Shown here: piece after piece, positions 38,617 through 48,215 of the stretch
Layout: each line of letters opens with the position of its first letter
Numbering within the stretch: the stretch's first letter is position 1
DNA from: Candidatus Parcubacteria bacterium
GTDB taxonomy: Bacteria > Patescibacteriota > Patescibacteriia > PEXW01
Assembly (NCBI GenBank): GCA_003597955.1
Contig: QZJU01000021.1
Location: 44,880-108,879, forward strand
Direction: 5' to 3'
DNA: 64,000 bases
The notes under the pieces: generated by a model
What the model was told of the DNA's origin: nothing
Databases searched by the model: none
The model's input: the letters and a program-made list of their open reading frames with translations, nothing else
Program-made: the position numbers and the translations under genes

Positions 38617-41600
38617 TTAACGAACCGTTACCGAGCTTGTCCCCACGCCACCATCAAGGTTCACCACCTTAATAGTCTTCTTGCCTTTGGTAAGCTGAGT
38701 GCCATCTATGGTCAGCTGGATTTCCTTGCTGTTCTTGTATTTCACGGTTGTAGCTTTGCCGCCGACGGTGACCACAATGCCCGAAGCGAAGTTTTCGCCT
38801 TTAAGCGTTAGTTTGGCTGTGGCATTGGCAGTAGAAAGCGTGCCGGTCACTTTGCTGACCTTAGGTTTTAGTACGACCAAGCTGACATTCGAGCCGGAGA
38901 TCTTGATCCGCGGGCTGTTTTCTGACAAGGCCAGGTCTTCTTGAAAGCCTTTTTTGCCGAATTTAAAGACTTTGACATCGTTGCGGTTGCGAGTTTGGGT
39001 CAAGATGGCCAAACTGGCCAAACCCGCCTGATGAGCCTCCAAAGTCGTGACTTTCACCGAGCTGCTGCGCGTGGCGCCTGTGGCGATTTTATAACTCGCG
39101 AATTTTTTAGCCGCGTTATAAACTTTCACTTCAGTATTCGGCGCTTCTTTGCCCACCGTCAAGTCAGATTTGCCGTCTTTGGTCAAATCAGCCAAAAGCA
39201 GGCTGATCGAACCCTTATAGTTTTTGTACGGCTCCAAGGTTTTAACCAGTTTGCCTGAAGTGCTATAAACCTTAATTACGCTTTTGCCGGATTTAAGTTT
39301 TTCCGCCGGCGAAACAAAGATCCATTGCCCGGTTTTACTGCCGTAATTCGCCGTTGCCACATTTATGTTTGTGCCAGGGAAGGCTTTTATGGTTTTTTTA
39401 TTGACCGTAAAGCTGCCTTTATTTTTGCCCGTGCCCTTAGTGACGGCTTTTAAGGCTTTGGCGCTGGCATTGGTCACCAAACTATGCTTGGAGAAGTGGT
39501 CGCTTAAGACTGTTATGGTGTTATTCTCCAAATCTTGGGTGACATTAGACGGGGACTTCCAGGTGTTTGAGGTTTCATCAAAGTATTTTGGCAACAAGGC
39601 GCTTTCGTCCACGCCCGCGCCCTCCAACATTTTATCCGTGTACTTGAAAGTAATGGTTACGTTGGAATTGAACTTGGTAATCTCCGCGCCACTGCTGTTT
39701 AACGCTTTAAATTCGTAGCCGTACCAAGCCGGTTTGGCGGTTGACATGCTCATCAGGTTGGCAGTTGGCGTAGCTGTCAAAGTTATATTACCCTGGGTAG
39801 CAAAAGCCGAAGCGCCGGCTGTAATTGAAGTACCATCTTCCAAAATTATTGATTGCGCCTGTGTGGCATCGAAGGTGGTTGAGAAGGGTGCGGGCAAGCG
39901 GAAATTACTGTTGGCATCCAATCTGAAGTCCTGGGTGATGGTTTTTTGCGAACCGTCGACCACGATTGTGATTTCTTCGCTCCGCGCGAAATTATTGTCC
40001 CAGGCCGAATCGCAGCCAATGTGCCAAACGCCTTTGGAAACATTTATTTCATAGGCGCCATTGCGAACCTCGCCACCCGAGAAATTCCCGGTTTCTTCCC
40101 AGCCATGACAGAAGCCAAATGGTCCGCCGCCCGCAACGCGGCCTTTTATCTTAGCGTCGGCTTGGCGGAAGGCCAAGGTCACATTTGCCGTTTTTGCGCT
40201 GGTCAGATCGATTATCTGTGATTTTGCTGGCATATCAGGCGATCCGGGTTGGGGATTAGCCCGCACTTCATACTTGTGTCCGGTTAAGACCGTGATGCTT
40301 GCATTCCCGTTCCGATCGGTTTGGCCACCAACATGCAAGATATTTTTCATGTCTTGCGCGTTCGCCGGTCCGCCCATGGCTTGATTGGCTTTATCCGTGG
40401 ATTCGCCTTTAACCTTGCCTTTGAAAAACGACGCTCCGGTCATTTGGCCTTCGGGTGGGCCGAATTTCATGCACTCTTGTTCGTTTTCAGGCTTGGAACA
40501 AAAGGCTTTGCATTCCGTCTCGGTTTTGCATCCCCCTGGCCCAACCTGCACTTTGCCTGGAGCCGTGGAGGGGCCTTTAAACTTACCGCATTCGGCTTGG
40601 TTGGCCTTCTTTGAGCAGAAGTCAACGCAAGCCATGACATTTTTACATCCGCCAGGACCTTGAGCGATGCCAGGTAAGGCGGTTTTTTTGCACAATTCAA
40701 TCTGCTTTTTGTCATTCTTTTTTCTGGCCGTCTGGCAGATTTGGAACGGATCGCCCTTTTTGCCGTTTTTGTCTTTAAATTCCTGGCTTTGCAGGTTCTT
40801 AGGACCTTCGGGTCCAGGTCCGCCAGCCCGGTTAAAGACCTCAATTTCGTTGCCGATATCAACCCAGGCATTGGGGATGGGGGCGCCATTTGAGCCCAGA
40901 ACTTGGACATTCACCTTGCCGTCGCCGATTAAAGCCGTGATGTTCTTAACGATGCTCTGTCCGGCCTTGACTTCAATTGGGTCTGGTGCGGGATTGCTAT
41001 TCAAGAGGCCGCTGCCGTCGGCAAAATGGTAATTGAAATAGTATTTACCCGCCACCACGGAAATTCGGTAACTGCAGTCTTCCTTAAACATGGTGTTACG
41101 GCCACCTTTGGCCGGGTTGTGTACAAAGACTTCACCAAAAGAAAATTGTCCAGCCGGGGGCGTGCATTTGGTCAAAGGGATGCCGTTTACATCCACCAAA
41201 GAACCATATATAGAAGAATTATTTTTCACTAAAGTAAGTGTGGCGTCCGTGGTGCTGTTAGCGGCGATAGCGACGGTAGCGCCGACATCGCTAACTGAAT
41301 ATTCTGATTCCGGCGGCATGTGCATGCCTAATTGCACTAAGGAGAAAACCGAAGAAGGAAGTTTAATGATAGCAATGCCATCCGGATTTAAAGAGCCGCC
41401 GTAATTCTGTCCCGGACCGAACTCTTGGGCTCCGGCCTTTTGCGCCCAAACCCAACCATTAATTCCGTTTACGGTGTTGCCGGCCTCGTCTTTGACAGTC
41501 ACGCGGATGGTGGCGTCAGCTTTCACGACAACCACATTGCCGATTGCGGCTGAGGATGTATCGGTTTCAAGAATTACCTCAGGAATCATTGCGCTGGACA

Positions 41601-42789
41601 CATACATTGGCGCGCTTGGGTTATTCGGGTCAACCCAATTGTCGATATTGACATTGCACCGACCAGCCAAGACTGCGATATCAAAAGTACCGTTGCTGGC
41701 AGAGGTGGCATTACCATTAACGCCAGGTTGCGGGCCCATATTGTTGGTGGAACCCAAAGGCATACACCAAGCGTTAATCCTGACATTGCCAACAGGCGTG
41801 CCGCTGCCGTCAACTAGCGTGCCGGTGATGTGCGCGGTTTTTTCTTTTACGGCAAAGTTGGCAGTAGCCGTTTGTCCGTCTGTAACGCTCACAATAGCGG
41901 AGGTGGCGGTTAAGTTCTGATTTTCATTATTCCAGTAACTGACATTAAAGGTTCCGGCAGGCACGCGCATGGAATAAGAACCGCCCACAACTTGAGCGTT
42001 GCCGCCACCGCCCGGGCCCATGGTTGACCACGCATTCATGTTTCCACTGGTAACCGGCGCGCCAGTACTGGCGTAGGTCACTGTGCCGGTGATAGTGGCC
42101 GTGGCTTTAGTGACTTGGAAATTCACGGTCCGAGTTTCAGCGGAATTGTCATTCGTGAATGTTACATCATAAGGTGGTTCGTTGTAGGACCAATCAGCCC
42201 CTGCGGGCGGCGTAAGATTAAGACCGTATTTGGAACTGGCCGCGAGAGTGAGCGTGTAATTGCCGTTTGCGTCAGTTGTAGCGTTGCCGCCCCCGGGATT
42301 AAAGTATGACCAGCTATTTACGATTGCGCCGACTACGGGCGTGGAAGTGCCCCGGTAGGTAATCGTGCCGGTAATAGTTTTGGGCGGTACGGTTAAATTC
42401 AGATTTTTATTAGTGACGTCCGTGTTAACCGTGAACGGCGCTGAAACCGCGCGCGTGAGACCGGATTGGGAATAATCCGGCATGGCTTCTAAAATGTAGG
42501 TTCCGGGAAAGACGCCAGCGATTGAGTAATTACCGTTTTCCCCAGGGTTTATCCATCGGCCGTAGTGGTAAAGGTGGTCGGTTGTGTATAAATCGACCTG
42601 AACATTGACGGCCGGCGTGACACCGTCAGGGCGATATATTGTGCCGCTGACCGTGTAAGTGTCTTGAGCTAAAGCCTTAAGAGGGTTAAAAAGTGAGCTT
42701 ATGCCAGAACCGAAAGGCAAACCGGTTATGGCCAAAATAGTCAATATGCCAAATAAGCGTTTGATTATTTTGAAAGGTTTTTTACGCAT
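38617..42789 (-). CDS. Large secreted surface protein: carboxypeptidase-regulatory-like beta repeats, Cys-rich GPGGC repeats, C-terminal IPT/TIG-like domain
   Basis: Signal peptide (ALA-Q), repeated ITGT..G..V..A..TDANGNY modules, two GPGGC..C..FC..N..EC.KF units, HFS motif. Confidence 0.85.
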   Translation of the reverse strand: MRKKPFKIIKRLFGILTILAITGLPFGSGISSLFNPLKALAQDTYTVSGTIYRPDGVTPAVNVQVDLYTTDHLYHYGRWINPGENGNYSIAGVFPGTYILEAMPDYSQSGLTRAVSAPFTVNTDVTNKNLNLTVPPKTITGTITYRGTSTPVVGAIVNSWSYFNPGGGNATTDANGNYTLTLAASSKYGLNLTPPAGADWSYNEPPYDVTFTNDNSAETRTVNFQVTKATATITGTVTYASTGAPVTSGNMNAWSTMGPGGGGNAQVVGGSYSMRVPAGTFNVSYWNNENQNLTATSAIVSVTDGQTATANFAVKEKTAHITGTLVDGSGTPVGNVRINAWCMPLGSTNNMGPQPGVNGNATSASNGTFDIAVLAGRCNVNIDNWVDPNNPSAPMYVSSAMIPEVILETDTSSAAIGNVVVVKADATIRVTVKDEAGNTVNGINGWVWAQKAGAQEFGPGQNYGGSLNPDGIAIIKLPSSVFSLVQLGMHMPPESEYSVSDVGATVAIAANSTTDATLTLVKNNSSIYGSLVDVNGIPLTKCTPPAGQFSFGEVFVHNPAKGGRNTMFKEDCSYRISVVAGKYYFNYHFADGSGLLNSNPAPDPIEVKAGQSIVKNITALIGDGKVNVQVLGSNGAPIPNAWVDIGNEIEVFNRAGGPGPEGPKNLQSQEFKDKNGKKGDPFQICQTARKKNDKKQIELCKKTALPGIAQGPGGCKNVMACVDFCSKKANQAECGKFKGPSTAPGKVQVGPGGCKTETECKAFCSKPENEQECMKFGPPEGQMTGASFFKGKVKGESTDKANQAMGGPANAQDMKNILHVGGQTDRNGNASITVLTGHKYEVRANPQPGSPDMPAKSQIIDLTSAKTANVTLAFRQADAKIKGRVAGGGPFGFCHGWEETGNFSGGEVRNGAYEINVSKGVWHIGCDSAWDNNFARSEEITIVVDGSQKTITQDFRLDANSNFRLPAPFSTTFDATQAQSIILEDGTSITAGASAFATQGNITLTATPTANLMSMSTAKPAWYGYEFKALNSSGAEITKFNSNVTITFKYTDKMLEGAGVDESALLPKYFDETSNTWKSPSNVTQDLENNTITVLSDHFSKHSLVTNASAKALKAVTKGTGKNKGSFTVNKKTIKAFPGTNINVATANYGSKTGQWIFVSPAEKLKSGKSVIKVYSTSGKLVKTLEPYKNYKGSISLLLADLTKDGKSDLTVGKEAPNTEVKVYNAAKKFASYKIATGATRSSSVKVTTLEAHQAGLASLAILTQTRNRNDVKVFKFGKKGFQEDLALSENSPRIKISGSNVSLVVLKPKVSKVTGTLSTANATAKLTLKGENFASGIVVTVGGKATTVKYKNSKEIQLTIDGTQLTKGKKTIKVVNLDGGVGTSSVTVR

Positions 42790-43020
42790 ATTTTATTCGT
42801 TAATAAAAAATAACCCAACGCCGCCGACAAACGGCGCGAGGAAAATTAAAGAAAAAGCTTGATGAATTTTTAGGTTTTTTATCGCTCATTTAATAAGCCG
42901 AAGCTGGCTTAAACTGAGGATTAACTTAAAATTAACTATAACAAACTAAGCCCAGCCTTGACAAGTTAAGCCAGAAATCAATTATTTTGGACAATTAATC
43001 TGTAGGCGCCTGAATTTTTT

Positions 43021-43047
43021 AACATCGATCACCACCGGCAAAATCAC
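43021..43047 (-). pseudogene. Diverged duplicate of the last 9 codons of rnj
   Basis: GTGATTTTGCCGGTGGTGATCGATGTT (VILPVVIDV) versus ATGATCTTGCCAGTGGTAATTGATGTT (MILPVVIDV, 43150-43124). Confidence 0.75.
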
Positions 43048-43074
43048 CCTGTACCATTAAAGGGTACGGGATGA
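43044..43074. repeat. CCCYGTACC-type palindromic element
   Basis: TCACCCTGTACC-ATTAAAG-GGTACGGGATGA; same family as 63481-63525. Confidence 0.7.
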
Positions 43075-43120
43075 GAATAGTCGAAAAGCCTGTTTAGACA
43101 AGCGTAAAAACTTAATTTAA

Positions 43121-44839
43121 TTAAACATCAATTACCACTGGCAAGATCATTGGGCGTCGGTTGGTTTTATTAAAGAAGTATTGGCCCAATTCATCACGGA
43201 TTTTATTACCGATATAGGCGTCATTTGCCTCGGTATGGCTTTTTTTATCTTTAAAAAAGGTTTTGACGCGTTTTCTAGTTTCTTCAATCAAGGCCTTGCT
43301 GGTTTTGATGTGCACAAAACCGCGAGTAATGATGTCAGGCTCGCCAATGATATTGCCCGTGTGCCGATCAACATTAACAATCACTACGACCATACCGTCA
43401 GCGGCCAGCATTTGTCGGTCGCGCAAGACCACATTGGAAACATCGCCGACGCCTAAGCCGTCGACAAAGACATAATCAGTTACAGCTTTTTGGTTAAGGA
43501 GTTTGGGCTGGCCATGGGTGAATTCCAGAATCGCACCGTTGTCCAGCACAAAAATTTTTTCCCGGGGGAAGCCTTCGCGAACCGCTAATTTTTCCGCTTC
43601 TTTGTGGAAATAGTGGTTGGCGTAAACCGGCAAAAAATAAGTCGGCCGGATTTGCTTGAGCACGGTTTTCATGTCTTCGGCCGTGCTGTGACCGCTGGAA
43701 TGAATATCCATAATATCGCTGTGGATGACGTTATCGCTGACGCGATAAAGATTGTCTTTCAACCTTTGGATGGTGCGTTCATTGCCTGGAATGATTGAAG
43801 ACGAAAAAACAATAGTGTCGGTTTTTTGAATGCGGACGAAGCGATGGTTTCGGTTGATGATGCGGGAAAGCACGGCATTGCTTTCGCCCTGCGCGCCCGT
43901 GCATATGATGACGATTTTCCGGTCCGGATAATCGCGGATTCTTTCGATGGGAATTAAGGTTTCTTTTTTGATTTTTATGTAACCCAAGCGTTTAGCGGTT
44001 TCCACATTCATTTTCATACTAAAGCCGTCCAAGGCCACTCTTTTGCCGATTTTTTCACAAAACTCCAGGACGTATTTGATTCTTGCCACCTGGGAAGAAA
44101 AAGTGCCGATGATGATGCGGCCGGGCGCTTCACGAATCAGCTTTTCCAAATTGCCGTACATGGTTTTTTCCGTCACGCGATTATGGGTATGGGTCGCGCC
44201 CAGGCTCTCCAGCATTAAAATTGTGGGCTTGGGCAAGCGTGCCAGCTTGGAATATTCCACCGATTGCCGGCCCACCGGATCTTTTTCATAAGTCCAGTCG
44301 CCCGGGTGTATGACCGTGCCGTGGGGGGTGTTAAGAATAACGCCCATGGCATCCATTATTGAATGATCAACTGGGAAAAACCCAACCGAAAAATTTCCCA
44401 GGCGCAGGCGATCGTTGACTGATTTTACCGTAATAGTTTTTAGCCTCTGACTTGAGCCTTTTTTGTAATCTTCCTGCCGGTTTTTAATCAAGGCTAAAGT
44501 TAAAGGCCGGCCAATTATGCTCGGATTGCCCAGTTTTTCCAGCAGAATCGGTGCCGCACCAATATGGTCTAAATGGCCGTGGGTGAAGATTACACCCCGC
44601 ACCTTGGCTTCCTTGCCCTTTAAATAACTGATGTTAGGAATTATGTAATCAATTCCCAGCATGTCTTCTTCGGGGAATTGCACGCCCATATCCACAACAA
44701 CAATATCGTCCTTATATTCAAAGATGGTCATGTTGCGGCCAACTTCCTCTTGGCCGCCGACAGGAATAATTCTTAAACTGTCAGCCGGTTTGAGGCCTTG
44801 GAAGCTCTTGAATTTTTTAGGATTTTTATATTTTTTCAT
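43121..44839 (-). CDS. rnj: Ribonuclease J
   Basis: GGQEEVGRNM, THGHLDHIG, TGAQGE, HSSGH, RRPMILPV. Start moved to 44839. Confidence 0.96.
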   Translation of the reverse strand: MKKYKNPKKFKSFQGLKPADSLRIIPVGGQEEVGRNMTIFEYKDDIVVVDMGVQFPEEDMLGIDYIIPNISYLKGKEAKVRGVIFTHGHLDHIGAAPILLEKLGNPSIIGRPLTLALIKNRQEDYKKGSSQRLKTITVKSVNDRLRLGNFSVGFFPVDHSIMDAMGVILNTPHGTVIHPGDWTYEKDPVGRQSVEYSKLARLPKPTILMLESLGATHTHNRVTEKTMYGNLEKLIREAPGRIIIGTFSSQVARIKYVLEFCEKIGKRVALDGFSMKMNVETAKRLGYIKIKKETLIPIERIRDYPDRKIVIICTGAQGESNAVLSRIINRNHRFVRIQKTDTIVFSSSIIPGNERTIQRLKDNLYRVSDNVIHSDIMDIHSSGHSTAEDMKTVLKQIRPTYFLPVYANHYFHKEAEKLAVREGFPREKIFVLDNGAILEFTHGQPKLLNQKAVTDYVFVDGLGVGDVSNVVLRDRQMLAADGMVVVIVNVDRHTGNIIGEPDIITRGFVHIKTSKALIEETRKRVKTFFKDKKSHTEANDAYIGNKIRDELGQYFFNKTNRRPMILPVVIDV

Positions 44840-44843
44840 ATTT

Positions 44844-45293
44844 TTATTTTTGATTTTTCTTGAAACGGATAAAAGCTTTAATGGTTTTGTCATAAGTTTC
44901 GGCAAGATTTTTCTTTAGAGCTTGATCCGGCGCCACCCATAAATATTTGTTTAATTCACGGGTTTCCAACCTTATTCGTCCGCCTTTGGTGCGGCAGTAA
45001 ATATCAAAATAAATAAAATGGGCCGGACGGTAAAAGTCCTTAGAATTTATCAGTTCGCCCCAGGCGACAATCGCAATCGCTTTTAACTTTAAACCCGTTT
45101 CTTCTTGGGCTTCCCGAATTTGAGAGGTCAGAATGTTTTCACCGGGTTCCAGGTGTCCGCCCGGCAGAGTCCATTTGTTATGCCATTTTTGGGAGCGCAC
45201 CAGAAGAATTTGTCCTTTTGGATTCTCAATAATTGCTGAACCGACAACTTCAATACCTTTAGTAAACTTGAGGTTTTTTTTCATTGCTGACAA
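44844..45293 (-). CDS. NUDIX hydrolase (NudI/dNTP pyrophosphatase-like)
   Basis: WTLPGGHLEPGE..REAQEETGL. Confidence 0.88.
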   Translation of the reverse strand: MSAMKKNLKFTKGIEVVGSAIIENPKGQILLVRSQKWHNKWTLPGGHLEPGENILTSQIREAQEETGLKLKAIAIVAWGELINSKDFYRPAHFIYFDIYCRTKGGRIRLETRELNKYLWVAPDQALKKNLAETYDKTIKAFIRFKKNQK

Positions 45294-45305
45294 ATAATTT
45301 TAAAA

Positions 45306-45373
45306 TGGTGTCCTAGGTAGGTGGGACTCGTACTCCCATGACCTTGCGGTCATCCGCCTAGGCGGGACGCGTC
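45306..45373 (-). pseudogene. Degenerate 3' part of a tRNA-Leu-like gene
   Basis: GACGCG, a palindrome in place of the anticodon arm, variable arm TGACC-GCAA-GGTCA, T-arm TGGGA-GTACGAG-TCCCA, and CTAGGAC-ACCA end. Confidence 0.65.
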
Positions 45374-45376
45374 AGT

Positions 45377-45496
45377 TGGTGCACTCTACTGGACAAGTTT
45401 AGAACCCTGAAATGGGAGGATTATTACCGCTTTCCAGAAGTAGCGCTACAGCAAATGAAATCTTTATTGCAAATGTACCCTGCTCCAATTTCCTAA
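45377..45496 (+). other. Displaced C-terminal coding segment of the integrase (WCTLLDKFRTLKWEDYYRFPEVALQQMKSLLQMYPAPIS*)
   Basis: No start of its own. In frame with the integrase across the TGG-TGC core after in silico circularisation. Confidence 0.7.
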
Positions 45497-45572
45497 TACT
45501 AGCTTAAAAGCGTTTAAAAATCAAGGGAAAAGTGGTAAAATAGAAGACAAGTAAAGATGTAACGAAGAAGTA

Positions 45573-46127
45573 ATGAAAAAAGAGCAAAATCATCCACAAA
45601 CTAGGGAGCGTATCGCACGGTTGTTGATAGACAAGGGGTTTTTAGAAATGCTGGAAAAAGGGCGTACAAAAAAGAATGAGGAGTTAGATAAGTGGATTTG
45701 TGAGATACGAAAAAACTTCAATCTTTCAAAGTATTATCACAGAGTGTTGCAGACAATAATTTCTATTCCTGACATTCAATATCAAAAGTTCTTAGCTGGC
45801 ACAGCGTGTATCATCGCATTACCTGATGAGTGTCGTAAGAAAAATTATTTTGCAATAGAAGTATTCCCTGAAACATCAGAAAAAGACGTGGTAAGAGCAT
45901 TTTCGGCAATACGCAAGAAATATCACGAATCAGATGAAATACCAAAACGGCTTCGAACCTCACCAAGTTTTTCCAAACAACAGTATGCCTTACAGAGGAG
46001 CGAAGATGGAGCAACGTATAAGAAAATTGCAGAAGAATTGAAGCAAATGGGTTATTCTACGACCTATTTTGAGGTTTCAGATTTAATAAGAAAAATCAAA
46101 AACAAGGCTAAGTCGGTTTCTGGTTGA
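45573..46127 (+). CDS. Hypothetical protein with C-terminal HTH (island regulator?)
   Basis: GATYKKIAEELKQMGY..EVSDLIRK HTH-like segment. Confidence 0.65.
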   Translation: MKKEQNHPQTRERIARLLIDKGFLEMLEKGRTKKNEELDKWICEIRKNFNLSKYYHRVLQTIISIPDIQYQKFLAGTACIIALPDECRKKNYFAIEVFPETSEKDVVRAFSAIRKKYHESDEIPKRLRTSPSFSKQQYALQRSEDGATYKKIAEELKQMGYSTTYFEVSDLIRKIKNKAKSVSG

Positions 46128-46200
46128 TAACGATATAGTTATCGGCCTTATACGTGATTTTGATAGGTAGATAGACTGTGGGTAGAAAGCTCACAGTCTT

Positions 46201-46377
46201 ATGAAACTAAGTAGCCAAAAATTATCTGAATTAAAGCAAATCATACAGGATGATTTTGGTGTCAAGCTTGATGACCAATTCGTTTTTGTTATTGGCAGTG
46301 AACTTATTGCACTATTTGACCATTTGTACTCTTACGATTTTCAACAAAAAAATGAGCAACCTAACGAGCGTAACTGA
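46201..46377 (+). CDS. 58-aa small protein (MKLSSQKLSELKQIIQDDFGVKLDD...), absent from the ORF track
   Basis: Manually translated. Overlaps the next gene start. Amphipathic helical pattern. Confidence 0.7.
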   Translation: MKLSSQKLSELKQIIQDDFGVKLDDQFVFVIGSELIALFDHLYSYDFQQKNEQPNERN

Positions 46378-46645
46378 AATATCAATCACGCCTATTAGAC
46401 CACGAGATGGTCTTACCGCTTTTGCCTCTTTTGTCCTTGACGATAAGTATTTCGTTGCAGGCGTAGCAATTTTTACAAAATTGAGCGGTGGCTTCCGCTT
46501 GGTTTTCCCGACCCGCAAAATTGGTCAAACCAATCTCAATTTGTTTAATCCAATCAAGCGTGAAGTTGGCGAGATAATTGAGAGAAAAGTTAGTGAAGAA
46601 TTAACAAAACTGTATGATAGACAACTTACGGAATATAAAACTTAG
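46352..46645 (+). CDS. SpoVG-family nucleic-acid-binding protein
   Basis: VTEISI.P..GL.AFASFVLDD..V.GV.I..G.RL.FP.RK..PI. Confidence 0.78.
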   Translation: MSNLTSVTEISITPIRPRDGLTAFASFVLDDKYFVAGVAIFTKLSGGFRLVFPTRKIGQTNLNLFNPIKREVGEIIERKVSEELTKLYDRQLTEYKT

Positions 46646-47033
46646 AGTCCCTAAATGTTGGCAGGATAAAAGGATAATGCGTTTTTTGAGAAAACATTAT
46701 TCGGGGAAAAAACGTACAACCGCCATAGCAATTTATGTAACTCTAAGCGAGATGGCAAGTAATGCTAATTCAGAAACCTTTAAGTCCTATTACAGTCAAA
46801 TTGGTGAGATGGCTGGTAAATCATCATCAACCATCAAGCGTTATTGCAATGATTTTATCAAGCTGACTATTTTAGAAAAAAAGAATCATAAGAAGGGGAA
46901 GCACAACTTAGCTAATCAGTGGTCGTTACTAGCATACTCTCCAATGAGATTACAGTCGGGTCGTAATAATGACCTGACCCCTAATAAAATTAGTCTCAAC
47001 CAAGGCCAAAATAATAACCCCGACTCCATTTAA
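46614..47033 (+). CDS. Winged-HTH replication-initiator-like protein, possibly truncated
   Basis: AIYVTL..S..QIGEMAGKSSSTIKRY..F..L.ILEK..N.W.L; TGACC-type repeats at the 3' end. Confidence 0.6.
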   Translation: MIDNLRNIKLRVPKCWQDKRIMRFLRKHYSGKKRTTAIAIYVTLSEMASNANSETFKSYYSQIGEMAGKSSSTIKRYCNDFIKLTILEKKNHKKGKHNLANQWSLLAYSPMRLQSGRNNDLTPNKISLNQGQNNNPDSI

Positions 47034-47132
47034 TATACTGACCACATCTCTACTTACCTAATGACCCACTAATAGAATATATTACTTAGAATTATTTACT
47101 AAGAAGGATACCCCCCATAAGCTAATCCTTAT

Positions 47133-47501
47133 ATGAAGTGTCAATTTACAAAACAAGACGGCCAACAATGTGAGGGAAATGCAATATATGATAGCCAGTA
47201 TTGTTTTTCGCATAACCCTGACAGTCGGCAGGCAAAGAATGAGGCAGTCTTAAACGGCGGGCTTGCCCTCAAAAAAATAAAGTTTGAATTAGAAGAAGTC
47301 GAAATAAAATCTATTCAGGACATCACTGCACTTTTGGCCAAAACAATAAATGAACTTAGGACTAACAAAATCCCACCCAAAATCGCCGTTAATATAGGTT
47401 ATTTATCAAACATCATGATTACATCTCTTAAGGAGGGTGAGATTGAAAAAAGATTGGAGGTGATAGAAAATGCAATCAAACTACATAAGTCGAATGAATA
47501 A
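47133..47501 (+). CDS. Hypothetical protein with N-terminal C-x9-C-x10-C-x2-H Zn-finger-like motif
   Basis: CQFTKQDGQQCEGNAIYDSQYCFSHNP. Confidence 0.7.
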   Translation: MKCQFTKQDGQQCEGNAIYDSQYCFSHNPDSRQAKNEAVLNGGLALKKIKFELEEVEIKSIQDITALLAKTINELRTNKIPPKIAVNIGYLSNIMITSLKEGEIEKRLEVIENAIKLHKSNE

Positions 47502-48051
47502 AATTATTTCCGAAATGGATTTACCAGCGATGGATGAGCATTTTTTCAATAGTGGAGGTTTAAGTTTTTTAAATGGGCTACCAAAAGGCAAAGTGACGTC
47601 GTTACTTTTGTATGGGACATACCAATCCTCAAGGTTTTATCTTGTCACGGTAGCGTTTAATAAAATTAAACTCTTGACGTATATCAGCGAGCTGATTGCA
47701 GAAGAGTTTGAAAACCTAATTTTGTTATCATACCTCTTTAGTGTTTCAGGCGATGAGAAAACTGTGAGGATGAGAAAATTATTCTCTGATAAGAACCCCG
47801 ATGACACACTAAAGCAAATCTCCCAGTTAGTAGAGAGGCAATCGGTTTTACTAGAGGAATTATCGAAGTTGAAACCACTAATAAAGGAAAACCACAACAC
47901 ACCTTATGTTAGCGAGCAATTTGACGGCTGCAACTTGAAGGATTTGGAAAATAAAATCCTTAATGAGTCATTTTCAGTTGGTTTGGAGACAGCCAATTTA
48001 ATAGCAAAAAAACTCTTAATTTCGTTGACAAATAGCCTATATGAGGCATAA
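47494..48051 (+). CDS. Hypothetical protein
   Basis: Long ORF overlapping the previous stop; no recognised motif. Confidence 0.65.
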   Translation: MNKIISEMDLPAMDEHFFNSGGLSFLNGLPKGKVTSLLLYGTYQSSRFYLVTVAFNKIKLLTYISELIAEEFENLILLSYLFSVSGDEKTVRMRKLFSDKNPDDTLKQISQLVERQSVLLEELSKLKPLIKENHNTPYVSEQFDGCNLKDLENKILNESFSVGLETANLIAKKLLISLTNSLYEA

Positions 48052-48070
48052 TTAAGGCACAATCTAAATA

Positions 48071-48147
48071 GCGGTGACACGCATTCAAGCCCCCGTAAGG
48101 GTGGGTCGAAGCGTGTCACCGCATTAAGCCCATACCTGCGGGGGCTT
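48071..48147 (+). promoter_or_regulatory. Structured GC-rich leader with two interleaved helices
   Basis: GCGGTGACACGC/GCGTGTCACCGC and AAGCCCCCG/CGGGGGCTT. Confidence 0.55.
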
Positions 48148-48215
48148 CAATTTCCAGACAAATATGCAGGTCATTAACAGTCAATTCTTTAAGAAAATAA
48201 TTAACCAAAAGAAGT

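Noticed and set aside
43021-43150. rnj end duplicate as a DGR template/variable repeat pair
   Set aside because: Only 27 nt long, differences include C/T changes and are synonymous, and no reverse transcriptase is in the window.
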